64,000 nucleotides of DNA from Callorhinchus milii (GCF_018977255.1 NW_024704743.1:13394001-13458000); one strand, 5' to 3'; positions 1 to 12,821 are shown, counted from the stretch's first letter. Made by a program: numbers and translations. Notes: generated by a model from the sequence alone, not told the origin.

Positions 1-397
1 TCAATGCATCACACTTGGAACATGCCACTGAGTGTAAAATATCTAAAAAAAAATGATGTGTGGAAAGTTTGAAAGTAGCTTTTCCACATTAGAAAATGTA
101 ATTTGAGAAAGTTGGCTGTTTACTGATACTCATTCCCTGTGTTGATGGAAAGTCTGCAGCTTTTTAGGTCTGTTATCAAATGAAATGGGAGGAATGTGGC
201 ACAGTAGCATTCCCAGCATAACATGTAAAATCACCTAGTGTATGAAACACCGGGAAGTTCGTACCCCACCAGTATCCATGGGACCAGCATGGTATCTGTT
301 GGCAACAAGTTTGGGAATCTGCTTTGCAGAGAAAGCATCAGATTTAATTGTTGTTCAGTGCAGAATGCAGTTTGACCAGATATGATGGATACTTTGT

Positions 398-712
398 GGA
401 GTCCTGTAGCTCAGTGGTTAGAGCACTCGCTTTGCAAGCGAGACACCTGGGTTCAATTCCAGGCAGGGGGAAACCTTGAACAAATTTCGCTACTCCACAC
501 GCCTAATAATAATCCCTCCAAAAAACAAAACATTAATAAATTGGTCATTTTCAATCCACCACTGTTTGTGGGACACTGCTGTGCGCAATTGGCTGCCGCA
601 TTTCGCCCACAAATATACAGTCAATTCACTTTACAGCATATTCTTTGAAGTGCTTTCAGACATCTAAAAGACGTGAAAAGCGCTATATCAAATGCAAGGA
701 TTATTATTATTA
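398..712 (+). mobile_element. tRNA-derived Deu-type SINE, short variant, full length
   Basis: tRNA-Ala(TGC)-like head GGAGTCCTGTAGCTCAGTGGTTAGAGCACTCGCTTTGCAAGCG...GGTTCAATTCC (A/B boxes). Deu-like body CTGTTTGTGGGACACTGCTGTGCGCAATTGGCTGCCGC. L2-like tail ending CAAGG(ATT)n. More than 15 related copies or fragments occur in the window. Confidence 0.85.
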
Positions 713-1041
713 CTTGCATTCGATATAGCACCTTATCACGTCTTCAAGACAATCTCGAAGCACTTCACAAAATATACTGTAAAGTGAATTGACTGTATAT
801 TTTGTAGGTGAAACGTGACAGCCAATTGTACACAGCAGTGTCCCACAAACAGTTGTGGATTGAGTGACCAATTTATTTTTGAAGGAATTATTATCCCCGG
901 ATAAGTGATTTTCCAATCGACTAACAACCGGTTTCCTACTTACTGCTAGGTAATCAGAGGCATGTGGAGTAAGGAAACTTGCCCAACATTTCACCTTGCC
1001 GGGAACCAAACCCGACTCTCACTTGCAAGGCACTGAGCTAC
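713..1041 (-). mobile_element. Same SINE family, long variant, tail-to-tail with the previous copy
   Basis: Reverse complement matches the SINE body and includes the extra ~60 bp segment (CTGATTACCTAGCAGTAAGTAGG...ATCACT). The head is degraded. Confidence 0.8.
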
Positions 1042-3255
1042 CTTAAACACGGAAACCCACTTAACCTATAGCCCAGGTTTACTGCAGTTGTTCTCGCATT
1101 GCAGTTCATCATGAGATGACGAAGAGCAAATTGAGATGGCAGACAGGAGTTTACTGCCAACTCCACAACATTTACTTAATTCTGGGCTCAAGGTAAATGA
1201 AGGTGAAGATGGCACATTAGCCTGTACAGAGCTTCGCTAACCAATACCAAATACTTTTAATATTACAGAGGCATGATTATATTTGTAGCCCATTATAGGT
1301 AAACTTAAAATGTTTGCAATTAAAAGCTTGTTCTCACTCTGGCTGAAGGCATAGTGCAGTTATACTCTACCACAGCTCCAGTGGAGTTGGAGTGGTGTGA
1401 AATTGTCTATCTGAGATGGGCTCACACTACTTGCCTGAATCATGTTCGCAATTCCTGTTACAGTAGGTAATACTGTAGTGTTTGGATTGAGTCAGTACAT
1501 TAGCTCCATTGCTCTGGTGTAAACTTCAGTGCTTCAGGGTTAAACTCTGTGGTGTAATCTCAGCATAAGACTCTGGAAATGCAGCAGTATGTTGGGCCTG
1601 GGTGCTGAATTTAATGTTAAGCCTTGGTATTACCAGCAATCCCAATAAGCGCTGCCTGTAAAACTGATCAAAAAAAAAAAAATACTTGTTCCTCTTATAG
1701 AGTATCAAAACTATGAATGTTGAAAGCCCCCTCAATATTTCACGATATCCGATGCACAGTTTTACCTGAGAGAATAACCTCTTTCTCTTTAAGATACTGA
1801 TTGACCTGCTGCAGATTTCCATCTTATGCCGGTTTACTTTTTGTGAGGCTAAACCCACCTCCTTTCCCTGCGTTTATTCATTATCCGTGTCGGGGCTGGG
1901 AAACAGCATTGCTTTTCTTTCTATTAACTTTCCTTTAACACTTTTGTGTTTGAATCCAGTATCTTTAAATTGATGGATTATAGGATGACTGCAATCTTGG
2001 TTAATCCTGGATAATTGTTGAGGTTTTTGCTAAACATCAGTTCTCGATGACCTCTCAGTGATAACTTAGTTCAATGACCTCATTATTGATGGGAACATCG
2101 ACATCCTCGCCCTCACCAAATTCAGCGCCTTGGGCTGTTCTCCACACGTGAAAGGATCTATACAAACGTAATCTGTTGTTGTTAGTTACAGTTGTTCTGA
2201 TTAATTGACGTGTATCTTCTGAAATGTCCATCTGCTGCTGCTTTAAACTTCTGCCTATTGGGGCACAGTGATTGGAGTTCTGTCTTGATCTTGAGGAGTA
2301 TAACCATGAATGATATGCTGCTCTCACATGGATTAAAAGGGGTGGTAGTTAAGCCATTACATGAATTTACCTTTAATACTTGTAGTAATTGAATGCGCCG
2401 GGAATTTTAATGTAGTTACTTTTATGACATTTAATACGAACGAAAATGTTGCACTAGGCAACCGGACACTCTCATCAATGCATGTTTCCATCTTCAAAAG
2501 ATAGCCGGTGGGCTGACTGCCACCCTAAACGCCTGGCAAAACATCCAATGTCTTGCACGTGCTCCAGGTTTCTTGTTACTGCAGGTGCTCAGGAGTACTT
2601 TTGGAGACCAACTGTGTGGAGCTGTAAAACCAGCCTCTCTCGGTTCATTTTATCATGGTGGAAAAGCCTGGGGCTGTATAATTTTGCAATACTCTTGATT
2701 GTTACTGACTGAGTTATGATTAGAAGATTTCAGGTTGAAAAGTATGATTATGTCAGGGAAATCATTAAATTAAGGAGTTCTTAATTCCCCCACCACCCCC
2801 CATTTGTTGCGGTTGGTGCAGATCCACTGTGTAAACTATTCTGGTGTGTAACTGATACTGCTGTGGGCAATTCCTCTTTGTCTGTTTAAAATTCAGAGGC
2901 TGCGTTAAACATCTTTGAACCCTATTTCTAGAATCCTGAAGATGATCTGAGAGCTTTCCTGAGCAAAATTTGACCAACGAAGGCATGAAAGTCAGAATGT
3001 CAGCACTTGTTTTGCAGTTCAGAGTCCAGCACTCGGTTACTAGTATACGGTTATTATTGTCTCCCACATAGTTAGTTGCCAATTATAATTCATGGCCTTC
3101 TGCACAGAAGCTGACGAAATAGCAATGGTTTAATCTTCACCATCTACGAATGTCTGTAAATTAAATGACTAAAGCCTGGCAGTGTATCAACAACAACAAC
3201 AACAACATGATTGTGGGGCATCAGTGGGCATGAGGAGACTGTGACTGATTGCTGG

Positions 3256-3793
3256 AACAACAACAATAACATTACATTTGTAAAGCGCCTTTCATGTCGT
3301 GAGGACGTCCCAAGAGCAAGACAGACAGAGTTACGGACCCGAGCTGGGTGTCGGGGTGGGAGAGGGCAGAGGGGAAGCAGGGAGATCAAAAGCATGGTTG
3401 AAGAGGGGGTTCTTGAAGGTGGCGAGGTAGGGGGCGAGACGGAGGGACTGCGGGATGGAGTTCCAGAGGTTGGGTGCAGAGTGCGCCAATAGTGGGGCGA
3501 GCAAGCCGGGGGACGTGAAGCAGGCTGGAGCCCGCTGAGCGGAGTGAGCGAACAGGGTGGTAGGGGGTTAGGAGGTCGTAGAGATAGGGGGGAGCAAGAC
3601 CATGACGAGCTTTGACGGTGAGGACCAGGATCTTCAATTGTATCCTCTATGATGGGAAGCCAGTGGAGTTGGGCGAGGATGGGGGTGATAGGGCCGTGGA
3701 GCCTGGTGCGGGAGAGGACACGGGCTGTAGAGTTCTGGGTGATCCTGTGGAGGGAGGAGTTGGGAAGGCCGACAAGCAATGAGTTTACATAAT
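3256..3793 (-). mobile_element. L2 LINE 3' fragment
   Basis: Minus-strand frames give L2 ORF2 C-terminal motifs (ITPILAQLHWLP, KILVLTVKARHGLAPPYL) with frameshifts, followed by the 3' tail and (TTG)n. Confidence 0.85.
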
Positions 3794-4750
3794 CAGGAAC
3801 AGGTCTGTTTCTAGTGAGGGAGGTTCCAAGAGTGGCCTTTTTATCACTGAGATAAAGTGGGAGATGAATTTAAAAACACAGCTTTAAATAATTGAACAAT
3901 TTTCCAAAATGCTGCATAATTTTAAGTTTTACAATCATTTTATTAAGACTAAGATCATGAGAGTTTTCGGACCTCTGAATTTTAACTTATTATTACTTGT
4001 GTTATTTTGAAACCTAGTGCTGGGAAAAAGTCAATTCTGTTAATGTAGCAGAAGTGCACACCCTGTTTACTATACGAGTTGTTTCCATGAAAGTGTTTTG
4101 AAGATAGCCTTTCTAAGGAATGTTTTGTTCAAATTGAGGAGAGTCAGTTATGGGCAGATTGAGACTTCAGGAAATGGGTGCAGCAGCTGCAAGCACAGCA
4201 GTATTACACATGCCAAAGACAGGGAGGGGACTCAGACTTTGAACCGGTTTCCTCCCAAGGGATTGAATGGGACTTTGCTTCTGTGCCAGTGCAATGAGGT
4301 CACAGGGCAGGACCAGCTGAGTGGTGCAGATGTGAGTTATGGATGTGAACACCATTAAGATGTGGTAAGAAATTTCCATTCCCTCTGAGTTCCATTGGAC
4401 ACGATCCAAAACACATGGTCACTACACTTCGCAGTACATTCTCCTTGAGATGTCCTCCCAATGAAGGAGGTGTTATATGAAATGTAAATAATATTATTAT
4501 TAATTTAATCCCATTCCCTTACTCTTTTCCAATACACTTTAACATTTTCCCTCGAATACATTCAGGCCCCATTGCAATGTGGTGGTTTAGGCTCATAAAA
4601 CGAGACCTTGTGTAATAATGAGTCATGCTATAGTGTGACCACTAGTCAGGGGTACCCCATCAGAAGGTGCCAAGCAGAAGCCATCCAGTAAGTAACAACT
4701 ACACTTGCAAGTGTTACCAGTGATTGCTGGGTTGCTGCTGAAGTTCAGAG

Positions 4751-7020
4751 ACAACAACAACAAAATTACATTTATAGAGCGCCTTTCATATCGGGAGGAC
4801 GTCCCAAAGCGCTGAACAGTCAGGGCATGGGGTAGGGGTGGTGGAGGGGTGAGGGAAGGCAGAGAGGTGGGAGGGTGACCCAAGGCACCATCTAAGAGAA
4901 GGGTCTTGAGGCCGGCCTTGAAGGAGGCAAGAGAAGAAATGAGGAGAAGGGACTGTGGGATGGAGTTCCAGAGTGTGGGAGCAGAGAGGCTGAAAGCCCG
5001 GCTGCCGATGGTAGGGCGGGTCAGGTGGGAGACATGGAGCTGACGAGAGCCCACTGAACGGAGAGAGCGGGCAGGTTGGTAGGGAGTCAGCAGATCAGAG
5101 AGGTAGGAGGGGGCAAGGCTATGGATGGCCTTGAAAGTGAGGATGAGGATCTTGAACTCGATCCTCTGAGGGATGGGGAGCCAGTGGAATCGGGCGAGGG
5201 TGGGAGTGATGGTGTCACGGATGATCTGCAGATTGTGAAGGGAAGAGTTGGGAAGGCCGATGAGGAGGGAGTTCCTGTAATCGAGCCTTGATGACGAATG
5301 GATGGGTGAGGGTTTCAGCAGCCTGAGGGGTGAGGCAGTGGCGGAGTCTGGCAATGTTGTGGAGGTGGTGGTAGACAGTGCCGGTCATGGCGTGGATGTG
5401 GGGGAGAAAGGACAGTTCAGGGTCAAACAAGATTCGCAGGTTCCTGACTGGCTTAGTGAGGTTGAGTGTGCAGCCGTGGAGGCTGATGTGCCAGCGCCTG
5501 AGGTGCGGAGGCGCTGGCGTGAGCCAATCAAGAGGGCCTCGGTCTTGCTGTTGTTGAGTTGGAGAAAGTTGTCCCTCGTCCAGGACTTGATGTCAGACAA
5601 GCGAAGCTGGGAGGCAATGGCTCTCTCAAGGACCTTGGATAGGAAAGGGAGGTTTGAGATGGGCCGGTAGCTGGATAGCTGTGATGAGTCAAGGGAAGAT
5701 TTCTTCAAGATGGATGTGATGAAGGGGGAAGGAACAGTGCCAGATGACAGGGTTGATGATGTTGGCGAGAAGTGGGGCAAGGAGGTGGAGCTGGGATTTA
5801 AGGAGAGGGGTGGGGATGGGTTCCAGGTGGTGTGCTTCACGGAGGATATGGTGGTGAAGACAGAGGAGGGGTTGACAGGTTCAAAGGTGTGGAAGGAGGG
5901 ATGGGTAATTGTCGGAGTGTGGGATGGGGGTAGGGAGGGGTGGAAGTTGGGGGGGGCAGTGGCAGCTGAGCGGATTGCTTCGATTTTGGATTCGAGTAAG
6001 TCCAGCATTTTCTCGGAGTAAGAATCAGAGGAAAGAATCTGCGAGGCGTAGTGGTGAGGGCGGAGGAGCCAGTTGGTGTTGGAGAACAGGAGCCTGAGGT
6101 TGCCCTTTGCCTCCAGGATTAACCTGGAATAGAAGGATGACTTGGCCAAGGCGAGAGTGGAGCAGTAGGTTTTGATGAGGTCCAGCCCAGATGTGGTGGT
6201 GGACCGTTAGGCCGGATTTGAGCCAAGTGCGTTCAATGGCCCACACCTGACTCTTAAGCAAGTGGAGGTGGCTGGTGAACCAGGGTGAGGATCAGGAATA
6301 GGAGGCAGTTCAGGAGGTGAGGGGGGCCAGGGCGTCGAGTGTGGTGGAGAGGGTGCTATGGAGAAGAGTAAGTGCAGTGAGTGGGTTGGTGCGTGAGATG
6401 GGCCAGAGAGGGAGGAGTTCAGAGGACTCCAGAGCAGCGGAGAGGGATTGCGGGGAAATCTTCCACGGGCAGTAGAAGATGGTGGTAGGTTTGGAGGCAG
6501 TGGGGAAAGGGATATGGAAGTGAGGGAGATGAAATGGTGGTCAGAGATGACCTTGTCAGTGATTGTCACATCGAGACGCTGAGGCCCCGGGTGATCACTA
6601 GGTCGCGTGAGTGACCATGGGTGTGGGTAGCAGAGTGGATGTGGGGGGAGAGGTTGAGAGAGGAGAAGTCTGAGGAATTGAAGCAGGAGGGGGTGAAGTG
6701 GAGGTTGAAGTCAGCTAGGATGATGAGGCGGTCAGAGCAGAGGCAGAGGGAGGCTAAGAGGGTGAAGATGTCAGAGATGAAGGCGGGGGAGGATTTTTGG
6801 GGTGCGGTAAACTAAGAGGATTTTTAGAGAGAGGTGGTATGGATGGCAGAGGGTAAGGTGTTCGAAAGAGGGGAATGAGCCAGTGTAGTAGGGGAACAGA
6901 GCAAGTGACGCCCTGGATATGAGGGCCTCCCCGGCGTTTGGGACGTGGGGCATGGTGCAAGGTGGAGCCGGGTGGTGTGGCCTCAGTGAGGGGGAAGGTG
7001 TCACTTGGGGTGATCCAGGA
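4751..7020 (-). mobile_element. 5'-truncated, degenerate L2 LINE (ORF2 endonuclease-RT remnant)
   Basis: Motifs YRPISNLPFLSKVLERA, NFLQLNNSKTEALLIG, FDPELSFLPHI, RLDYRNSLLIGLP and HWLPIPQRIEFKIL in shifting frames. Endonuclease-region remnants SDHHFI and VYRTP. (TTG)n tail. The RT core is deleted. Confidence 0.92.
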
Positions 7021-7210
7021 CCTTCACTACTTGAGACAGTCCACATGAATCCAGTCAGTAGATGTTGCCTTTCTAGTTTACTGTGAGTCCATGGTGCACT
7101 TCTGTTATTTACATATCTTGAGTATATGGAGGATTCAATTGTATGCACTGTCTAGTTGTTTGAACCATCATGTTTGCTCCACTTTCTCACTCAGTTTTAC
7201 CAAGTTACAT

Positions 7211-7470
7211 CAACAACAAATTATCCTTGTATAGCGCTTTTCACGTCGGAAAGATGTTCCAGGGCGCTGGATAATCAGCGATTTTGGACCCAAGCTGGGA
7301 GCTGGGGTCAGAAGGGAAGGAGGGCATGGGGCCTGGGGGTGGGAGTGTGGGCGAATGCACGATCGAAGAGGAGGGTCTTCAGATAGGGACTTGAAGGAGG
7401 CAAGAGAGGGGGTGAGGTAGAGGGATTGAGGGATAGAGTTCCAGTGTGTGGGGGCAGAGATGCTGAATGC
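7211..7470 (-). mobile_element. L2 3' end fragment
   Basis: LKTLLFDRAF C-terminus plus the L2 3' tail. Confidence 0.7.
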
Positions 7471-7761
7471 CCTCTAAATGGATGAATTGGAATGGCACCA
7501 GAAATTTCACAAGCAGATTTGACGGCAATTGGCATTAAATGACAACTGGAGTTCTGTAATTTTGTATTGTGACATAATGAAGCACTCTGCATCTTTGTGG
7601 CAGTTGAGTCAGAAGCCTTTGCAAACCACTGCAAACAGTATTTGCAGGCTAAAATGGGTGTCAGTCATCGCTGGGCTCTGTGCCTAGACCCATAAGGCAT
7701 ATAAGTAACTTCAGCCCTTGTATAAATCTCCAGCTCCTGTCCCAAAGTCTGAGTCCTGTCT

Positions 7762-8050
7762 GAGTCATGTAGCTCAGTTGTTAGAGTACTTGCTTTGCAA
7801 GCGAGAGACCTCGGTTCAATTCCTGGTAGGGTGAAACCTTGGGCAAGTTTCCTTACTCCACACACCTGATAATAATCCCTGAAGAAAAAAAACAATAATA
7901 AAATTGGTCATTTCACTCCACGACTGTTTGTGGGACACTGCTGTGCGCAATTGGCTGCTGCATTTCTCCCACAAATGTACAGTCAATTCACTTGACAGTA
8001 TATTCTGTGAAGTGCTATGAGATGTCTAGAAGACATAAAAAGCGCTATCT
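7762..8050 (+). mobile_element. tRNA-Deu SINE, short variant
   Basis: Colinear with 398-712. Ends at AAAAGCGCTAT and lacks the final (ATT)n tail. Confidence 0.85.
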
Positions 8051-8477
8051 AGCACTAGATAAAACCACTAAGATTATTCTTATATAGTTTAAAAATTTGA
8101 TTTAGTACCCCAGGCACTGTTGGATTATTAGCTATTTTTGTGAAGACATTGGTCGAAGGGTATAGGATGCTTTTTAGTTCGGGGTGGGGTGGGGAGGGAG
8201 GGGGCAGCCAGGCGGACTGCAATGGCCCTTCCAGTTCCATACATTCCTGTGTTCCTGATTCTTCTTTCTGTGTAAGTGCAAATGCTGTTCTCTGCAGCAG
8301 CGAACAGCAGTAGTAGCTCTGTCTCAAGTTAAACCTCCCAGCAGTGTAGGAGGCAACAACATCTCAGGAATGAAGTGCTAAGTGAGCAGCAAATCATACT
8401 TGTAAAGAGTATTTCAGTTAACGCCTGCGTCACCTTGGTGCTGTTTTACTATCAGATTATTTAGTTACATTTACACA

Positions 8478-9000
8478 ACAATAACTAATAATAAATATAT
8501 GGCCCCTCAAGCCAGGTAGCGTCCCAAAGCACTTGACAGTGGCGGAGCACGACACCGAGGAGAGGGAGGTGACCGTAGGCATGGTTGAATAGGAAGGTCT
8601 TCAGATGCGACCTGAAGATGGGGAAGGAAGAGGCAAGGCGGAGGAATAGAGAAAGAGTGTTCCAGAGTTTTGGGGCATAGTGGGTGAAAGCGATCCCAGC
8701 AATGGTGGAACCGAGGGCATGAGGGACATGCAGAAGGCCGGTGCCAGTCGAGTGGAGGCAGCAGGTTTTGGGTAAGCAGGTCGGAGAAGTAGGGAGGTGC
8801 CAGAGCATGAAGGGATTTGAAAACAAGTGAAAGGATCTTGAAATCGATCCGTTTGGCAATAGGGAACCAGTGGAACCTGGATAGAACTGGTGTGATGGGG
8901 GCTCAGCATTTGGTACAGGTGAGTATGCGTGCGGAAGAGTTTGGGATCAACTGGATCCTATGCATTGTGGAGGTGGGCAGACAGGGCATTTGAGAAATCA
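8478..9000 (-). mobile_element. Diverged L2 3' fragment
   Basis: AFTHYAPKLWNTL...FRSHLKTFLFNHAYG on the minus strand. Confidence 0.75.
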
Positions 9001-9404
9001 ATTGAAGAATAAACATTCCTAATGCAGAAAAGTGAGCATGAATATAGATTGATGGGTTGCATTTATTTCAGTGCACAGAATATCTGTACATGTTCCAGCA
9101 GTATAAAACTCTTTTGCTGCACCCTGTGGTCTGTATTTAATTGCTGTATGACAGGCAATTCTCATTAATTGGGGTTAGACTCAATGTGCTGTTTATATGG
9201 TTGCCAGGCTTTTGTTTTCCCCAAGTATCATTTCCTCAACCAGCCCATGGGGAAAAGTACAGATTTACGATATGCCAAACTCAATGATGCACGTACACAC
9301 TAGGACTGAGGTAGGGCATTAAAAATGTGTACGCACAGGAATCATAACATGTAGCCCGTGTCATCCACAGATTTCAAAATACTGGTGATTTATTGTCTTG
9401 CACA

Positions 9405-9580
9405 GACATGAGGTACATATTTACCATGCAAGTATAGATAGGAACAAGATATAGATTGACAGTGTGAATATAGAAACCCAAGGTGTACATTAACACTGGG
9501 TATATAACAAGGTGTATATTAACAGTGTGAGTATAGACAGGAACAAGGTGCATATTGGCAGTGTGGATATAGGAACAATA
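9405..9580. repeat. Degenerate tandem repeat, ~30-36 bp unit, about 5 copies
   Basis: Recurring AACAAGGTGTATATTAACAGTGTGAGTATAGA-like units. Confidence 0.6.
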
Positions 9581-10764
9581 CAATTATAATACAATTTATA
9601 TTTATACAGCACCTTTCATGGATATTTCATTGAGGATATCTCAATGTGCGAGAAAGAATCTCAAAATGAAGTGCGCATTAGCGTTATGAACTTTAGGTGC
9701 AAACTTCATCAAAAGGTAGATTGGATAATATGCTTCAGTCTGGTAATTAAACTAATCAGCAGTTTGTTAACCATTCATTTCCTTATTTTCTGATGAATGC
9801 ACATAGTCCAGTCCAGGGTTCCACTGGCAATGCTAGTTGTTTAATAACAGCTGCGAACAAGGCAACTTACTGCATGGCCACCAGTTAGATGAGGGGTTGT
9901 TTCACTCAAAGCCTTCAATGTTGGAATAATCTAATGATTACTGCAAAGAAATTTTACACCAACCATAACGTGGGTTTAATAAATTCCATTTGCTCTTTGT
10001 GAGATTCATGTAGGGAACCATATTCGTCCTGTTCTGAAGCCAACTGAAGCATGTACCAAATGGTAGGAGAGTTAGAAGGGCATATACAAACACAGATGGC
10101 AATATTTATAGTAAGAAGCACAGCAACTAACTGGTGTAATGTTCTCATGTTGCATAACTGCGTAACTAATTTGTTATTAAATACTTTCTATTAGAGAAAC
10201 TCTGTCCAAAACCTAGCATGTAATGCAACACTCATTCTAGTGTACATTTGTAAAGCTTTCAGAGCCAGTTATAGCAAAGATAAATAAAACATGATACAAG
10301 TTGCATTATGTTTAGATTAATATCTATAAAATTGAACCATATAGGGACTGGGTGGCTGGTGCAGTGAGTTTTGATACCGCCCTACTTAGTGAGTTTCTAT
10401 GCTGCCCTCGGCTTCAATACAAACCATGCAGACAGGGTGCACTTCTTGTTTCATTTTGACAGTAAACAGGCGAAGCTGAGCAGAATGGGTTGGGTTGGGT
10501 CAGCCCAGTTGCTATCTCCACAGCATAAAAATAGCCAGAGTTCACTCGGCTTTGTGATAAGCAGAGTGAAGTTGCACTTGAATATTAACCTCTCCTGAGG
10601 TTAATAGTGAGGCATATTTAGGTGAAGAACCAGCCTGTTATTGTGTACCTTCTCTACCTTATACTGGACCTGGGAACACTGCATGCTGACAGCACTGTTA
10701 TAACAATATATAATAATAATAGAGTTATTGTTGTATCAGAACATGACAAGTGCAATATAGTTTA

Positions 10765-10941
10765 CAGTTGAACCTCACTATAACAAACCCGGTTATAACA
10801 AACCCCTGGTTTTAACGATCCCAATGGCAAGACTCGATTTTTGAATCTCTTTGACGGCGAAACCCTACTGAAGCGAACACCCTGATATAACAATTGTTTC
10901 TGCCCGTCCCAAGGGTTGTTCATTATAGTGAGGTTCGACTA
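10765..10941. mobile_element. Tc1/mariner (Tigger/pogo-like) MITE, ~177 bp
   Basis: Left TA|CAGTTGAACCTCACTATAAC and right ATTATAGTGAGGTTCGACTA form an imperfect 20 bp TIR. Internal TATAAC repeats. Confidence 0.7.
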
Positions 10942-11002
10942 TGTATGAGTAAACAGTATGTAAGATAAATACATGCTTGTTTGTATTTCAAATAATTCAA
11001 CA

Positions 11003-11308
11003 ACAATAATCCTTGCATTTGATATAGTGCTTTTCACGTCTTCTAGACGACTTGAAGCGCTTCACAGAATATACTGTAAAGTGAATTGACTGTATATTTT
11101 GTGGGCAAAATGCGGCAGCCAATTACATACAGCAGTGTCCCACAAACAGTTGTGGATTGAGTGACCAAATTACTATTTTTTTTTCTTGAGGGGTTATTAT
11201 CAGGTGTGCGGAGTAAGGAAACTTGCCCAAGGTTTCGCCCGGCCAGGAATCAAACTCGGGTCTCTTGCTTGCGAGGCGAGTGCTCTAACAACGGAGCTAC
11301 AGGGACTC
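11003..11308 (-). mobile_element. tRNA-Deu SINE, short variant, full length
   Basis: Reverse complement of the family from the (ATT)n tail to the GAGTCCCTGTAGCTC head. Confidence 0.85.
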
Positions 11309-12821
11309 AATATTTTAATGTGATTATGTGCATTGAAAAGAAGGAAGAAGTGGAACTTTTAAACACAAAGTGGCAAGTGTTAATGGTTCAGTTTTCAAAA
11401 GTGTGTGTGAGAGTGTGACACCCTGTGTGCAAAGAGAAGCAGGTATGCTCATCACCCAACGAAGAGTAGTTATCATTCGAAAGCTAAGGTGCTGTTTAAC
11501 CACCTTAGGACATCCTCCCAGCATGAAAGGCCAAGACAAAGCACTCTGAGACGCCGTCCGACTTGAAGGGCGCTATTTAAATGCAATTTTGGGGGGCTAG
11601 CCGGGTGTCTGACATATGTGGAAACCCATCTCTGTGCTTAAGAATATCCAAACCAAACTGAAAAATCCATGCATCCTACTACACCAGAAAATCCCAGAGA
11701 TATATTGTTGGAATGGAATGCACACACTCTCCCTGGAGGACACATCCTGCTTACTTTATATCCATAAATGCAAATTGTTATTGTGCACTCTTGATAACCT
11801 GCACTAGATAAATACGCAGTCATCTGCAGAAACATCTTATCAGATACATTGATGGTGTTACTCAAGCAGCTAATAAAATGTGAGGTAAGATGCTGATAAA
11901 GCACACTGTAAACAATCTGCTTTTACTTACATACTGCAGTTATTAAATAAATTTTAGAAATTTCAGGACAGAAGGAAGCTGTTCCTCTGCGGGGTATGGT
12001 TCCATATTGAAGCCATCTATTCTAATCATATTCCCCTGCTCTTTGCCCACAGCCTTTAATATCTTTGTTTTTTAATTCTTATCCCTTTGAATTGCCTTTG
12101 CCTCAAAGTCAATTGTGGTAACACATTTTCTATCTCATTCACTTTGTGTGAATACAAAATTTGCAAACACCTTTTTAGCCTTCCCCCGTTGCACTTTCAG
12201 TATCAATTAGGAAACGCACACTTGACATACATTCCAGTCCATTAATGTCAAAAATATTTTCTTTTGCATCTGAGGGTGTGAATTTCACTGTTCATTTCTT
12301 TTTCTCTCTGTTTCTCTCTGTCGCCCGCCCCACATATCTCCATCAATTGAAGGAGACTCTCACTCATAGGCTATCCATGGGCAATTATAGGCTTGCCCTA
12401 GTTTTCTATAGAATGGCAAGATTTCATTTTCTGCCTGCCACAATCTCTCTCTCCCTCCCTCCATTAGCCTTTGAGGAGAATACAGATGCTACACTTGGCA
12501 GTAATTCCCTGAGAAGTACTTTGAGATGGTGTTACAGGATGGGGATTATATCAATTGTAAGATTATTAATATTATAGTAGAACCCCATTCATAAGATGTG
12601 GGGTCCATAAAATCCCAACCAGCCCTTTTGAGATTTTTAAGCAAGTTGGGCCAAATGGCCTGTGTTCGTGCGGCAGAATGTATGAAAATTTCTGTAATGT
12701 GTATTGGAGTATTTTTGTACATATTTTATTGTTGTCACTGTTAATACAAAAGAGTGTGACTCTCACACTGCGAGGAAACCCAATGCCAAACTGTGGCACT
12801 GGAGGATGTCCTAAAACAATT

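Noticed and set aside
398..470. tRNA-Ala(TGC) gene
   Set aside because: It is the head of a multi-copy SINE, continuing into the SINE body with no poly-T terminator.
4623..6569. Intact reverse transcriptase or retron-like genes (243 and 254 aa ORFs; also 41288-41992)
   Set aside because: These are frameshifted, truncated L2 ORF2 pieces, and the RT core is deleted or broken.
8370..8387. ATGAAGTGCTAA|gtgagc as an MKYK-like NEDD9 exon 1
   Set aside because: The fourth codon is a stop.
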